Shown one piece after another: positions 27,605 to 42,600 of a stretch of 64,000 nucleotides of DNA. Each line of letters starts with the position of its first letter. The stretch's first letter is position 1. Where the stretch lies: contig NMRA01000673.1 of the NCBI GenBank assembly GCA_002633005.1, forward strand, positions 1-64,000. The letters are read 5' to 3'. The notes below the pieces were generated by a model that searched no databases, was not told the DNA's origin, and worked only from the letters and a program-made list of their open reading frames with translations. This stretch comes from Phoronis australis (taxonomy: Eukaryota; Animalia; Phoronida). A program made the translations under genes and the position numbers.

Positions 27605-30600
27605 AGCTTAATCGAATACCAGTATCATGCTGTTGAAATAAAAGCGCAAACAATGCTTCGGGCGCGATCGTTGATACCCGACTTCCACCAGTAAATCTGG
27701 AAGAGGTCGCTGTAATTGGGAAATCTCGAATTTAGCCTTCCAAGTGACGGCTTCGTGTAAGTTTTGGGCAGCATGAACTACCACGTAATCGACTGTGGCC
27801 ATGCAAAGTACACGTACGCACTGGGAACAGCAAATCACTTGCTTACATGTATGTAACTCCTCCAGGTAACGTTACAAACAGCGCGGTTACCAAATCATGT
27901 ATGCACTAACAATGTTGGGTTGTCTTTACTCGTTGTAATATGCTCGTTGAATACTTGGAAAAATGAGTAGGCCCTTAGAGTGGCATCTCCTATTTGACAA
28001 TTTTCATACCAGACTTCGTCTAGTACTTAAAATGTTTTGCCACAAGTCCTTCAATCGTTCCTACTAAATACCATACTTGACGTTACGGAGAAAGTTCCAG
28101 ATATCAGGGTCTCAAAGGTACTTGGATTCAAGGCAATTATTCTAGAAAAATGCTCGTTCTACTAGCTAACGTTTCCAATATCAACTTTGCTCCGAAATTT
28201 ATAGAGCACTGAGAGCAAATATTGCTTTTTCCCTATACGAACGCGATGTAATTTTACATTTCCACTCGGGGGTGTAGTACGGTGTATATTTGCACAACCG
28301 TATGAAATTACTGGATATCAATTAGGCTTTAATCGACAACTGTGGGGAAAGACCTCCTACCTTCAAGCAGTGCATGTAGTTTCATTTCGTGACACAAGTA
28401 AGACATATAGTCCGATGGCTTAGTCAAAAGCATATAAAGGTTGAAAAATTGTTGTTTGGGACCGTGGAAAAGGGGGGTGGGGTGGGTTCTTGAAATGAGC
28501 AATGAATGTCAACCAGAGGGGCAATCTGTAGCGAAAAGGGGACCCAAATTCAAATTGAAATTTGTGGGAGAACCATTTGCAGTGAACGGGACCCTGGCTC
28601 CGTCAGCAGTGGTTGCCTCACACGAGAAGTAAGGAGCTTCAAATACGATCTTTCAGAAGCGGGTTTGTGAGGACATACAGAGGACATAATCTTCCATTAC
28701 ATTGTTAAAAACAGTGGTTTGTCTACCCAGCAGTTGTCAACATATAACTTTGTCAATAAATTCTGAGTACAAAACTTGACCGTTAATAATCACTGAAAGA
28801 TAAATGTATTTCCTATAGCGTACTGTTACCATTTGAGCAAAGCTGGCCTTCAAAGAGCTTTATCACAACTTGAGAATAAGACTTGTTTGCTGTATGGAAT
28901 GTTGACCTATTCTAGTATCAACGAGACCTCTCGTCTCCTATGCAAGGGGGAATCAACAATTGGTCTGAGTTCAAAGCCACTTACTCGGATTTCACAACAA
29001 ACTGGTGTAAAATCGAATGGCAAGCGTTCTAACTTGGAGGTCAGACCACAAAACAGATATTGGCCAGTACCTCAAGACTAGATGACCGCGCCGAAATATT
29101 TGGTTGGCCAGACCTAAATGTATAACGCATTGACCGTGCTCAAACACAATTCCCGAACAAATAGTCAATTTTGAGCAGAAGAAACAAACGGGTACGAAAA
29201 ATTAACACTAGATTTCACTTGAATCCTTCGTGATATTCGGCTCAAAGCGAGTCCCTGAGGAAGTCCGGCTGTATATTGTGCTCTCCGACCAACTAAGCGC
29301 AGGCCATCGTGTTTTGGTTTCAGCCGACTAGTTTTTGGGTGAGGCCATCGCGCTTTGAAGTCCGCACAACTCGCCTAATCAACGACCATTTGGTTTTGCT
29401 GACTGGTTTTGAAGTCCGTCAAGTGGTTTTGAATTCTGCCCAATTGTTTACCACACTTCATATGGGTTGACGTAAAATCCTAGTGGTGAGAGCTGTGCAT
29501 GGTCACGTGGGAAGTGTCAGGTGATACTGTCTGTACTCTCAATTCGTGCCCATGAGAGTGAAATACTAAATCTACTATGAACTGAGACGTCTCCTTAAAA
29601 GCTATTAGATCCAGATACATACTCGTGTCGCTAAACAAACAAGGTTCCATGTGACCAGAGTTCCAATAACATTTTGCACCTATGAGACAAGGGGTCTTGA
29701 AAGCATTAGGACTAGGTAAATATTCAGTCCAGCAGTCTCAGTATATAATGTGCAAGGCCAATATTTCGACAACGAAACTCTCCGTTTGTTAGACAATCCT
29801 TGGAGATTCTTCTAGCATTATGTTACGGAATGCAGCTTCAAATCATTAACAGAAACTGATTACATACTTGACACCCTTTTGTCCAATCAGGTTTGCATTT
29901 ATCTCCAGGCTGTGGACACATTTGTCACTGGCTGCGTCATCAAACACTTCAAAGTCATCAAAGGTAACAATGATTCCACTGTTATTTTTCTGAGGCCCCT
30001 GTGGTGTAGAATTGACAGTAGACAACATGAAGCAGCTGGTCAGTCAAAATGTACAAAGTACTTCTCAGCAACAAGCAGTTATCTTTTAAGACGATCACCA
30101 CTTTTGCGCAAATGAGTCTCAATTGATTTTCACAATTTCTTGTTTGGAGCTTCGTACCAAATTTCTAAGTTTCGTGCAACAGATCCCTGGTCTCTTGGTC
30201 TCTAACTTGCACTCCATTCTTTGTTGAAATTTTCTCTTCTAGTTTAATGAGAGAAAGTGCTTTTCTACGATTGCCCATTAGTGCCGTGAACACATAAAAT
30301 TTGAATCTGTTAATACGGATTGCCAATCTGTAGTTACTGATTGACAACCCATTAATACACCTTCGGTCGTGCGTTATAGTCGTCAGAGAGAATAAGGGAG
30401 CTTATCCGTGAAAAATGCCGTCTGGGCCTTAGTTATGACTAAGTTCTGGAGGTGTCGTTGTCAGCAAATCACGGTGTGTTAACAAGCAGGCGAACTCTTC
30501 AACGCCAACTTCGAAACATACGGGGTTATTTCTACGCAAGAAGCACACCAGCATGCTAAACGTTGCTTGCTTTCGTGAGGAGCAGCCATTAGGATGCCTA

Positions 30601-33600
30601 CATGCACATGTTTATCGGTGGATGCACTTGAAGTGGAATCGGTTTTGGATGAGCATTTTCCATGAACTGAATGACAACGTCGCATTAAATTCAGCGTCAA
30701 TTGTTTACCCTTGCAAAAATTAGTATATAACAGATTAAAAACCATTTACAACAGATTGGAAATCCGTAATTACAGATTTTTAATCCGTATTAAAATTTGC
30801 CAATCTGTTATTACATATTGGCAATCTGTATTAAAAGATTCAATTTTTTTGATTTTTCACGACACTAATGGGCTTTTGTACGTTCCCGTGATTACAATGT
30901 ATATGCCAAATTTTATTGCCAAACTTAAAGGATGTTGATACTGTTATGAATGGTCACAGCATTTCTAACCTTTGTAGGCATGGTATCTGTGGAACATCAC
31001 TTGAACATGGAATAATACTCATCATACACGTGTAAGTTGACGCTATTTATGTTTAATCCAAAGTGTTAAAAAATCACTCGTCGGCCATACCATGTCCTCA
31101 GTTTATTAGACTTGGTCTAAATTCGCACTTCACAGTCGCAAGATTAAAGGTATAAACCAAAGGAACCAAGTGCGTACTACAATCGGGCACCGCCATGGAA
31201 CAAAACGTTCAAAAACACGTGATAATAGAGGCTTATCTTAGCTTCGGCCTGATGTTAAAAGGAAAATATAGAAAAAAATTAGGAACTTTAGGTTATAGCG
31301 ACCAGGGTCCCGTTCCAAGAACAGTGACTTAGCAAAGACAAATAAGCCAAATCTACGATAACCCAAAATTTGTCCCAAACTCTGTTGAAGTGAGAAAGTT
31401 TCCCCGAATAATGTTGAAAATTCAAGTCTCGGTCTATACATTCTAGAGACCTGTAAATACGTTTTTGGTTCAATTTTTTGAAAATATTGGTACGTCGGCC
31501 GCCGGACCTTTCGGAACGGTTCTGTCGCCAGTGATTCTGTTTTAATTAGTAATTTAGAAAAAGGTTATCGTTGACAACCATTGTTTTAGTCGTTGAAACC
31601 TGAGAGGATTGTCTGTAACGAGGGGCATCTGCATCGTTTTTCTGGGAGAGCTTGAAACGATCTTGATGATTAAGAGCTGGCAAGGGCGACAGCCACGGTG
31701 AGAAACAGTCTATACAGATAATATTAGTAACAACCCCATTGTTCACAGATGTTATTAAGGTATTGTTCGCAGTGCTGTAGTGCGGCGTAGGCGCAAGTAG
31801 ACGCAGCCAACCAGCTTTTGGCATTTGAAAGTAGCGCCAACGCACCGTAAGTTAGGATCAGTGCTCAAGGTGAAACGGTTGGCTTTGGACGCCTACTTAC
31901 TTCTAATTTTAACACTACAATACTGCTTGTTCGAGGTGATAAGTCTTGAGAAGTGTCGTGATGGCGGTGATGGTGGCGAAGGTAGTGGTCACAGAAGCTG
32001 TTGCCACGAGCTTCGGCTATTGTTAACTAGCCACAAGCGATGGAGGCATAACAAAAACAGGAGGGAAAAAGCGACAGAGTACACCGACGCTTGAGTGGAT
32101 CTAGGGCACACAAGAATCCATCAAATGTATGCATACAAGCACTAGATATTTGAGCACGACTACGGTTTACGTCACGCTTAGTCTTTTGATTAGTGGCGCC
32201 ACGAACACTTTCGTCTGTCTTCATTTGAAAAGCACACACAGTATATACTCACCCGAATAACGTACACACACGTCTTATTCAGCGGATAGTTTTTTGGGTA
32301 TCCAGGGCTCACTATTTTCACAATCTCGCCTTCTGTGCCGAGGTTGTACACACCCCCGCACTCTGGGTAATCTGAAATTAGTTCCGTTATCGTTGTCACC
32401 TTTCCTCTGTTGTTAAGAGGAGAAAGAAGTGCCAGTTTACAGTTTAAGTGCTTGTCAGTGACGGCAAAACACTAGTGACAGTCGTAGTGAATGCATCTAC
32501 GCGTCACAGTAGTAGCAGGCTCCGGTGTGATGAATAAAATTGGTTGTGGTGACAGTACACCAGTGAATGCGACGTCGGTTCTTCTGGTGGTAATAGTGGT
32601 TGTGTCTACGTTTGGGTTGTTGGTTGTAGTAGCAGTGGTGAAGGTGGAGGTAGTTTTGGCTCTTTTAGTGGAGAGAGTATAGCAGCTGACGCCATGGTTG
32701 ACATTGGCACACACTTTTTACAAGACACACTATGAGATCGTTCCGATACTTGTTTTTGTAGTTATTTAGATAGTATCTTTACTACCCGGCCAGCCTTCTC
32801 GTGTTATCTTTGCCACGATATGTCAGTATCTCAATAATCGATGTGTCTTACACACTCTATGGTCGTTGATTTATGTCAGTTCTCAACGAGAGTAACTTAC
32901 CGGAAAAATTGGGATCGATAGTGTTACAATCTCCAGTCAAACCCCTTGGACATTTGCATCCACAAGCTCCATTGGCGCTTTTAAATGGATAACCATGATT
33001 ATAGCAAACGTCAGTACAGTCACCTGTGAAAAAGATTTATACCTAAATGTAAGCATACATTGTAGTCCCTGTTTCATGTTCTCGTTTAGAGTATTAATAT
33101 TTCACCGTTTCATATGTACATGTACTATTGTGCAGTTAACAACAGCATGTTGCCGTTCCATTTCCATTCGCACTTTACTCCATAAACCGGATCAGGCTAC
33201 GAAGTGGACTTTTGTTATGAGAGATGTTCGTTTATTGGTTTACCTTTGCAGTTGAAGACGAGGTTTGCCATTTTAGCGTCGTAGAAAGTTAATCCGTTCC
33301 TGCTTCCTGGTAAGAAATCTAGTTCCTCATTCTTCACTCTGATTGTTGGCTGACCATTGATACTAAATGCCTAGATGCAGGACAAACAGTTGGTGCACAT
33401 AGTCGGAACAGGGAGCTTGGTATAACATATGCACTGGAAGTCTTAACTAAAAACTGCTTTTGCTTTTTTGCTTTACTTTTCATAGAATTCAAAATCAGAA
33501 TCTAGTGTCTATGCTTAGGTACATCGTGGTTTATGCATGTGCATATCTAATCGACGTTCGCAAATATTTTGATAGAAAAAATTTCGAAATTTCGACGAAA

Positions 33601-36600
33601 AACTCAAAGTTTCGAGATCAGGCTCGAAAGTTTAGCCTTAATGCTGGGGTGCCCATGAGCAGACTTGGATTACATAGTTGTCCATGTAAGTCACTATGTA
33701 CTAGAGACCAGAATTATAGGCACTTATCTTGAGCCCGCTCAAAAGTAGAATGGAAAAGGTCAAAAATAATTCCGAGATTGATTACGAGTAAAAAGATTTG
33801 TTGCCGGGCCCTAAAGATTATAGATAATTAGCATGATTCGGAAGCATATTTTTCTCTAAACAATTGCAAAATGCACAAAAAGAAGTTCAACTCAGGAACA
33901 AACATGACAACACTTTGCAGTTTAATAATTTTGGACTCACGTGTACACGAATTTTAGTCAGTCACAATGTAACATTATATACACTTATACAACATGTAGC
34001 TTTAAAAGCATTTAGTAAATTTTAAGCCCAAAGACTTCTAATGGAACTCACGTATAAGCTGTAGTGCATATCGCTTTCCAAGTCATATTCTACTTGGACA
34101 GAAGTTACACTTTTGTCGAAATTGAATGTTGTGTTGGGATTGATGTTATTCCAAAGGATCTCCACAAACTTGTCACGGTCACTTCTTGATTGCTCGTGCG
34201 CAAATCCTATAGCATGGCCGAGCTCATGAGCAATGGTTCCCAGCTGAAATGCAGTCACAGTAGGATATACATGCAAGAGTAAGGGGTGCGGGAAGGCAGC
34301 AGTTGCCTTGCCCGGAGTTGGACTACTACTAATTTGACGTTTTGGTAATCCAATCAATCCAGGAACGTAAAACATATGTTTAAAGTGCTTGCTGAAAGAC
34401 TGCAGTCCACCAGTGCAGAGTAAGGCGTCTTCATTAAAACAGTTCTGCAGCTAACTGGCACAGGCACGTTCGGTATTTCAGTTTTTAAATAAGTGGTGAA
34501 GGGCGAAAAAATACGACGCAGAAGGCTGAAATGCACCCACAAATGCACCGCAAACGGTGTCATTCAAAGAGTGTTCATTTGTACCATATAAATGGCCACT
34601 ATATCGCATAAAATATGTCTAATCCATCCGAAAACGGGATCACGTTAATAGAAAGTCTTTTACAACGGGGAGCATTGAAATGCACCCTCAAATGCACCAC
34701 AAACGGTGAGCTTCGAAGGGTGTTTAATTGTATCGTAAAATTGACCACTAGATGGTGCAGAATATCCCAAATCCATCCGAAAACTGGTATATGTCATCAA
34801 AGTTATTTACCAAATTCCATAAAAACCCGAGGAAAATAGAAAAAAGTCAAATTGCCATTAGGAGGTAAACTTAAAAAACTAAACTTGCGACCAGGGGAAC
34901 ACTGAAGAAAAGATCTGTGCGAAAGTCGTTGTCCTCTCTTCTCAACATCACAGATGTATAAATGCGCTTGATAAATTTAGTAAAGCTTCTGCAAACGGTT
35001 TAGGAAATAGAGCCATGTGCGCAAAACCAAACAAAACTGCCACTAGGAGGCGTCACAGTACTCGAAGTCGTCAGAAAATCATCGTCAGTCATCCTTTTCA
35101 TAGTAAAAACATATATGCCAATTTTTACAATCATCCTCAGAGCGGTTTGGCTAATAGAGGGGTGGACGTCAAAAACACACTCGGCAACAGCAAAAATGGC
35201 CTATAGGTGGCGCAAGCTACGTCTAATCTATCCAAAAACAAGAGGATAATGTCATCTCACAGACAGATGCATATATTCCAAATTTTGTGAAAATACGTTG
35301 AGTATCCCCGAAGATACAGAGGTAAGCGTAAAAAATAAAATTGCCACTACGGGGCACACAGTAATTGGAGAGATTCAAATTTGTCGTCGTCAGTCGTCAG
35401 CTTAACAGGAACACATCAGCCAAATCTCCCCAAGATCCTGTCAAGAGCTTAGAAGATACAGCTGTGGACGCCGGACGACGGACGCCGGATGACGGATTGA
35501 AGAAAGGGTGAAGACTCCATTGACTTGTGTTCTGTCACAACTGTTCTGTGCCCCCTAAAGAGATACAGCCATGGGCGCAAGAACAAACAAAACTACCACT
35601 AGGAGGTACATGTATCACATATGTCGGAGAAAGAGGGTCCAATAAAACATATTCGAAGGCAAATGTCCGCGTGCATTCCTAGCCGTCTCTGAAGGGGCCA
35701 TGCACAATTATAAAGGAAAATGGGAGCGTAACACTCAGAAACGATATGCCTGCGGCGATTTTTAGTCGCCTTCCCTCCCCGTAATTGGTTCTTTAGCTTG
35801 AAATATTAATGAAATTTCCACTGCTCGGTGAGTATGCATGTACGCTTGGTGGTTGCACGAGCCGAAATGTTCAGCGACAATGCTGTCGTCAGTAGTCGAT
35901 TGATGCCGTAAACTGAGCTATCGTATCAAGACTACGCCCAACGAGCTAAATACATGTCCAGTACATGTGTATGTGTACTAGCTATATTTATCTCATTGAC
36001 TACGCCCCGCTTAACCGTCACTTACGGCGCGTAGACGCTACTTTAAATGTTAAAAGGTGGTTGCTACGAAAAAATATAAAAAGGTGGTTGGCTACGCCTA
36101 CGTGGGCTTACGTCCACTAGGCCTATATAGCATAACTTATGCATACGGTGAGTAGGCGGTACTTTAAAAAGCAAAAGGGTGGTTGGCTGCGCCTACTTGT
36201 GCCTAAGCCTCACTACAGCACTGCCGCATGCTTCTGAAGCACGTACAGGTACATTAAATGCTCATCTGGCCGATGTAACCTGTGTGTAATTCACACTGTG
36301 GGAAAACAGGACAAAAATGTAAACAAAGTCAGCGACAGTACAAAAATGCACTCCAAAAGCGCAACCACAATTACTAGGAATTACACTTCCTTCAACAGGT
36401 ACGCCAGTTTGTTTGAATAGAGCGTTTTCTGCGAATCAGACACAAAGGAAAGCTAAATGATACATGCGTGTGTTCTACCACCTAGCGGACACACAGGGAA
36501 CCAGCGAGGGCGGACAACGCATACGCAAAGGCAACGTACCGAGTGCGCATGATAGACAAGTTATAAAGAAGCGTAAGCGAATTAACTTTCACATTTCGTT

Positions 36601-39600
36601 CTATGAAAACTCGAAAATGAACGACATAATTTTAAAAATAGTGTGCCTAACGCCCTTGAAATTTAATGCATTATGCCGGCATAACTCTGGACGTTACTAA
36701 AGAAGTTGTAGTCAACTTACATTTATGCAACCACTTTCAGCCAACGTGACAGATTGTCCACCACTTGATGAGAGTTTACCGATGTATGAAGAACAGCTGC
36801 AAGAACAGTTTAACAATGTTAATATTCACTGGTGTATGTTATATTGAGTTGGCATTTAGATGTTATTTCCACAAGCGTTTGGAAAAGTGGGTTCTTTTTT
36901 CGCCCAGATTCCCTTATAATTGATTCGACAATTTGGCTCTGTTCTATCAAATAATTCAATTAATTTAGGTATTCCGCCCTTTGATCCATGTGTAGCAAGC
37001 GTCACCCGAAAATATTCCTCAGACGTTATTGTTTGAATTTGTTTTGCCTGAACAAATTAACACATTGGCAATTTGTGTTTGGCGAGAAATGTATAAGTTT
37101 GCATCATAAACAGCTAGATGTGACTCTCAACGGGACAGAAAGGCATTACGTCGCATCTCAAGCAACTGCTCTCAATTAGATACGCACACTATGACAGTTA
37201 CCCAAGTATATTAGTAGTTCAATTCAGCAAAATTTTACAAAAGTTTCTATTTGAAATTTTGAAAATTACGCTTCGGTACCTGTGAGCTGTGGTAATCGAC
37301 TACATTTTATCTTTCTAAAACAGAGTTAATAATTGGTGATTTTCCAGTTGACCACAGAAAACTAGCAAGAAGCTGGAGTCTTTTGGATTTTCTCAATGCA
37401 ATGACGTCACTATCACTATCCCTATGGTGGCACTGAACAATTAGGCTACGCTTCCCCAGCCAATTTGCAGTGTTAAAACATTAAAATCCAGGGGTAGGCC
37501 TGGCTGGGGAGCAGTTTTTAGGTGGGCATTGCATGTAGTCTCAGTGAACGTGGTTTATTTGTATTTTCAATCATGTGAAGAATGAAAAGGGCCACTTGCT
37601 GGACTGCACTCTTCTAAGAAGTTCTTGATGACAACACCCCCCCCCCCTTTTCAATTGTGCATTGCTGGGTAGCGACTGAAAGAGCGGATGCAATTTCAGG
37701 TAGCCACGAGAAAAGTGGAAAAGAAATAATTGGAATGACAGTAATTTTGGGTCACATCTTTGGAATTGGTAGAAAAGTTGCTTCAGAATCTAGTGGTGGC
37801 CTTTTTCGTGCATCTGCAGGGAAGTAGTTGTTTGGGGAAGAAATATGACGATCTTGTGTATTTGGCCATTTTTCCTAGCCTACCTTAATTGCCTTAATTG
37901 AGCTTCTGTAAGAGTGAAAAGGCCAAAAGTAAAGCCTCTATGATCATCTGCAGGGCTGTTGGTGTTTAAGCACTGAAAACGTGTGAAAAAGGTGACAAAC
38001 TCCGTGACGTGTGTCTTGGTATGCACATATAGTGGGAATTGTTCTGTGTCAGTTATTTGCACGTGTGTAGGCGATAATGCGTGCCCTTAACTTGATTTTC
38101 AGTCCCTGCTGCGAGTCTAAGTCGGACTTCAATACCAAGAAAATATGAAAGATCTGAATACTGGTCACTTGAACAGACTGTGTCCTCTTTGCTTATTGGT
38201 TCTTTGAATATATTGCACAGTATTGATATTTAGAAGGAAGAACACTGTAGTTTAGTCCTACAGGTGGACAATGTTGTTTTTCTAAAAGGAATTTGTGAAT
38301 TAGACAGCATGATATGAGTCCACTATACATGCTCCTTGATTTAGATACAGTGAAACTACTTGCAGGTATGTGATTTGTACATGTAAATCAAGGCGAAGGC
38401 GCCGTGACCACAAGATATTAACAATTAAGTTTTCAAAGTGTTTCCAGGGTATGTTTTAAAAACATATGGGGTATTTTGATTTTTAAATCAAATTATGATT
38501 GTAATTTGCTGTCTCTTGCAAATATTGGTGCCTTCTGTCTTGACGTCTCGATTTCTTGGGAAGAAATTAGTGCTCATTTACATTAGGACATAACAATTGT
38601 AAACCAAGTAGTGCTGAATAACAAAAACATATTGATTACAGAAGGACTGTATTTTTTAATAGTTTCGTTGAGGCTGGTGTTATTTTTGTGAATGGTCTTT
38701 TAAATTTTGAAAAAAAAAATCTGTCATGGGAGGTTTTGAAAATATATATAAACTTTCAAATTGGATTGATTATGCTGCTTTGAGACGTGTGGTTAAGTTG
38801 AAGGCCGGTCCTTCCATTTCAAAATGTATACATCCCCATTCAAGCGAAATTACTAATGTGTTTTCTAGAAATATTTTGCTTTACAAAATTGTTTCGCCTC
38901 TTGATATAATAGAATGCAGCTAAACTGATATTTACTCTAGACAACAGATTCAACAAACTTATGTTCTTCCACACAAACTCTTGTTACCCCCTTATGTTGA
39001 AACCTTTAAATATTTCTATACTCATACAAAAGTGTTTACAAAACTTAATTTGAAAAAGTTGAACTTAGTAAGTGATGACAAGTGTGCATCTTGGGGAACT
39101 GTTGAAACTTTTAACCATATGTTTGTGGAATGTGGTTCTGTGAAAACTTTGTGGTGTAAAATTCACGTTTAATTCACGTAGCTGCCAAACACGATTTAAT
39201 CTTAAATACAAATGTTATATTGACAGCATATTATTTGGATGTAATTTTGAAGACATCACTACCACATTAACTATTTACCGATATTTCATCCATAAATGTT
39301 CTAGAGACCAGATTGTTCCTAGATATTCACAATTTCAATGTTTCTTGTGTAATTATTGTAAAAAAATAAATATGCAACCCCGTAAAACTGCCTTTTGGGA
39401 AACCCTCAATACATAGTTTAAATTAGATGAACCGTGAAGTTCAATTATTTAGATATGTGCGTGTGTGTGTGTGTGTGCGTGTATGTGTGCCTGTGTTTCA
39501 TTTGCATATACCTCATTGTTGTATATCTTAGTGAATTTAGAAATAAAATCTTTATATGAAGAAAACATTGTAGACTTACCAAAATTGGTAAACATCGTTG

Positions 39601-42600
39601 TTTTATCAAAAATAAGACCTTACCCTCTTCCATTGCCGATTTTCAAATAATGAGATTCCGTTGTTCTCCGAGGAAACCGTAGACAAGTCTCTTTCTCCCA
39701 ATGCGCGATTGCCTCCTCGATTTTTGCGCTCGTGGAGCTCTGTTGAAAAGGTCTCCTCGCGTTGTAGTCCCAGGGTACCACGCCGTTCGGCCAATACGAA
39801 ACCCATGATACCTCAGAAGCTTTTCGTTTGGATATTTGGTCAAACTACAAAAACACGTGACACGTATGTTTTGTGCATGGTGAAAAGATTCTTTTGTAAA
39901 CCACTAATGAAAAAGGGAGGTTTTAGGCAATAAACTAAAGCAAAAACAACAGTTTTGGAAATTGTTCAGTGTCGTCTCTTTTGTTTAAAATCAACAACGA
40001 TCGATATACGTAATTTACCGATACACGCAATACATCCACTCACGTAATGTACTGTACAACTGGAATAGCTAGGCTCGTTAATTGCACCTTCAAAAATACA
40101 GGCGTGGTTTTTACCGAGGAGATCTTCACTAAAATTGCAAAAATTCTAGACATGTACAGGCAAATGTGCAGGTACACGAGGCGGCAGTAAAAAACACATG
40201 ACAATATACTTAATCTAAAATGTCTCAGAAGAGCATGTTCTCAAGCGGAGAATTGATTTCGTTAGCAATGACAAGAAATTGCTGCAAGTACCTCATCTCC
40301 AGGTTTTTCACTTTCCAGTCCAAGTATGACCTTCTGGACATGCGTCAATATTATATCTTCACCTTTCTCATCAGGATTCACGCGATGGGAGACGGGCTTC
40401 TGAAAATAAAAGCTGTTTAAAAGAAACTCCAGAACAAATTCGTGATGTTAAATATTCAAAGTAGCATTCCTTCTCTCACAACATCCAGCGTTTTTGTCCG
40501 TTCTTACGTTAGCACAGTAACAAAACACTTCATTATTTTGAACAGAGACCCACAAGTTTGTGTCTGGAAGTCCCTTAAAGGACATTATCAAAACTCTAAT
40601 TGAATTTGAAAATACAGACAGCAATTCATCGCATCTTAGTCTCTAAGTGTTTAAAAAAACTGCAGTGCAGTGCTCTTTAACTCTCGTCAGTGCGAAGTAT
40701 GGTAGATGAAATTAACTTTGTAATTACTGATATCTGTAGTAGTTTAGTTTGTCATAATATATATGACCTTTTATCTCAACTACACGTGTTGTTTCACTGT
40801 AAACTAGCTTCGGTATCGCTTCGCAGTTAGCGCATATAAATGAAATTAACAGAAGTACTAGGGAAGCATAAATCAGCGCTCTGATTGCCACACCTTAAAG
40901 CCAACTGAAATGTTGCAAGAGGGTTCCAATCGAGTTTTCTATCTTTCAGAAGACACGGATCAGTTTTAGACGAAATCTTTAAAATAGGGTTTGGAAAATT
41001 TAATCTTCTTTTCCTGTTACATTGCACTACCAGCATTCCCTTATTTTTACCAGTTTCTAGCTTCAGAAATTCATCTCTAAAAGAATATTTCGCAGAACAA
41101 ACGCCCTGCATGCATTCGAATTTTACTGTATATTCACAAAAGTGGGACATTTAATTCAGGTTATTTTGTGAACATTTGATTTCACGTTGGTAGGTCGTTA
41201 CTCACGACATTTTTGCTTGGTTGTAGGGGATTAGTTAATATTTTCATCTAACTCCTTATCATCATCAAGGATTAAGGAATCATGTCAGTTTTCGGAACAA
41301 TGTATTCTGCGACATTTTCATGCACAGTGGTTTCACTTAGCGGCACATTTCAATAAGAGTGCCCATGGGATCAGCATTTTCCAAATGTGTTTTACCTTTT
41401 CACTCCCAGTCTTTTCCACAAGAATTTGCCTCTCATGCTCGCCCTGTGGCGCCACCTGTAAATATAAGTTCAAAATTACGTAAATTGGTATGCTTCAGTT
41501 AGGTGCAAATAAATGTATTGATGTCCGCGTTCTGAGTAAGATGGGGATGACTAGTAAGTACGTGATGCTTACACAGAGGCGCTCTCGTCGTAAGGCGCAT
41601 GGGCAATGGGAAAAATAATAATGGACACGAAAAGCCTGCCAACTAAACAGACATGCAGGAAGGCCCAGGCTCCGTTCTACACATGTGTGTCAACGCGACC
41701 GCTGTGCAGTACATGCGGGGATGCATTAAAATTAGTGAGCAAAGGAAGGAAGAGAAGAAAATCAGGCACCACTTAAAGAACAAAGGCGACAGAGGGCAGA
41801 ATCTGATCCCACTGATCAGGACCTGTGGCAACTGCAACAGAACATACCGCTGTATAATCTGACTTTTTAGCCACAGGTGATGCTACTTTCCCACCAATGA
41901 CTGACAGAGCTCATGTCCATTGTCTCATGAGACAGACGTTGACCACCTCTAAGAATATTCCACACAACCTGCACCAGTGTTTGGAATTTGCGCTCACAGA
42001 ACACGCAATGAATAAGCAAGCAAAATGTAATTTTCCGTAAAGAGGGAAGACCGGTCATGGCAGGTCATATTTTTGGATTCTGTTTCACACTGCCGTCGTG
42101 ACGGCGAGTTACACGTGCACTCAAATGGCTGTCTTTACGAAAAACTCCGGTCACTAAATTAAATACTTTTGCAAATGATGTTGAACAATACAAGTTGTTC
42201 CACCACTTCCAGTCTGCCCACCCAACTGTATCGCTTAAATGTAGGAGAAGAAAGGAAATACATAACTCTGAATTGGGGTTTCAATAGATGGCTAAAAGCA
42301 GCTCTCCATTGTGTCGGTGCATTCGTGCATTCTCAAATACACGTATTTACGAAGTTTGCCTGCTCTGCGACAATGTTACTTAAAGGCGAAGGCAACCTTT
42401 TTCCATGTCATTTTGAGCTAAAATAAGGTTGGTTGGTTATCCTAGACATATTTTCCACTTAATTACAGCTTTTCGTAATTTTATTAATTACTCGTCCGCT
42501 AATGCGGAGGCAAGCATTTCGCGCCAATTTCTTTTCATATAGTCTAACTGTGAGAGCTGCCGAGTCAGTCATTGTTCTACCTCGGTTGTGTTAAGTTTCG

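Noticed and set aside
27411-27611. Poly-Leu ORF resembling a signal or TM peptide
   Set aside because: Translation of a CTG microsatellite
40575-40700. TTAA-AGGACATT as a second Kolobok-like left end
   Set aside because: No matching right TIR found
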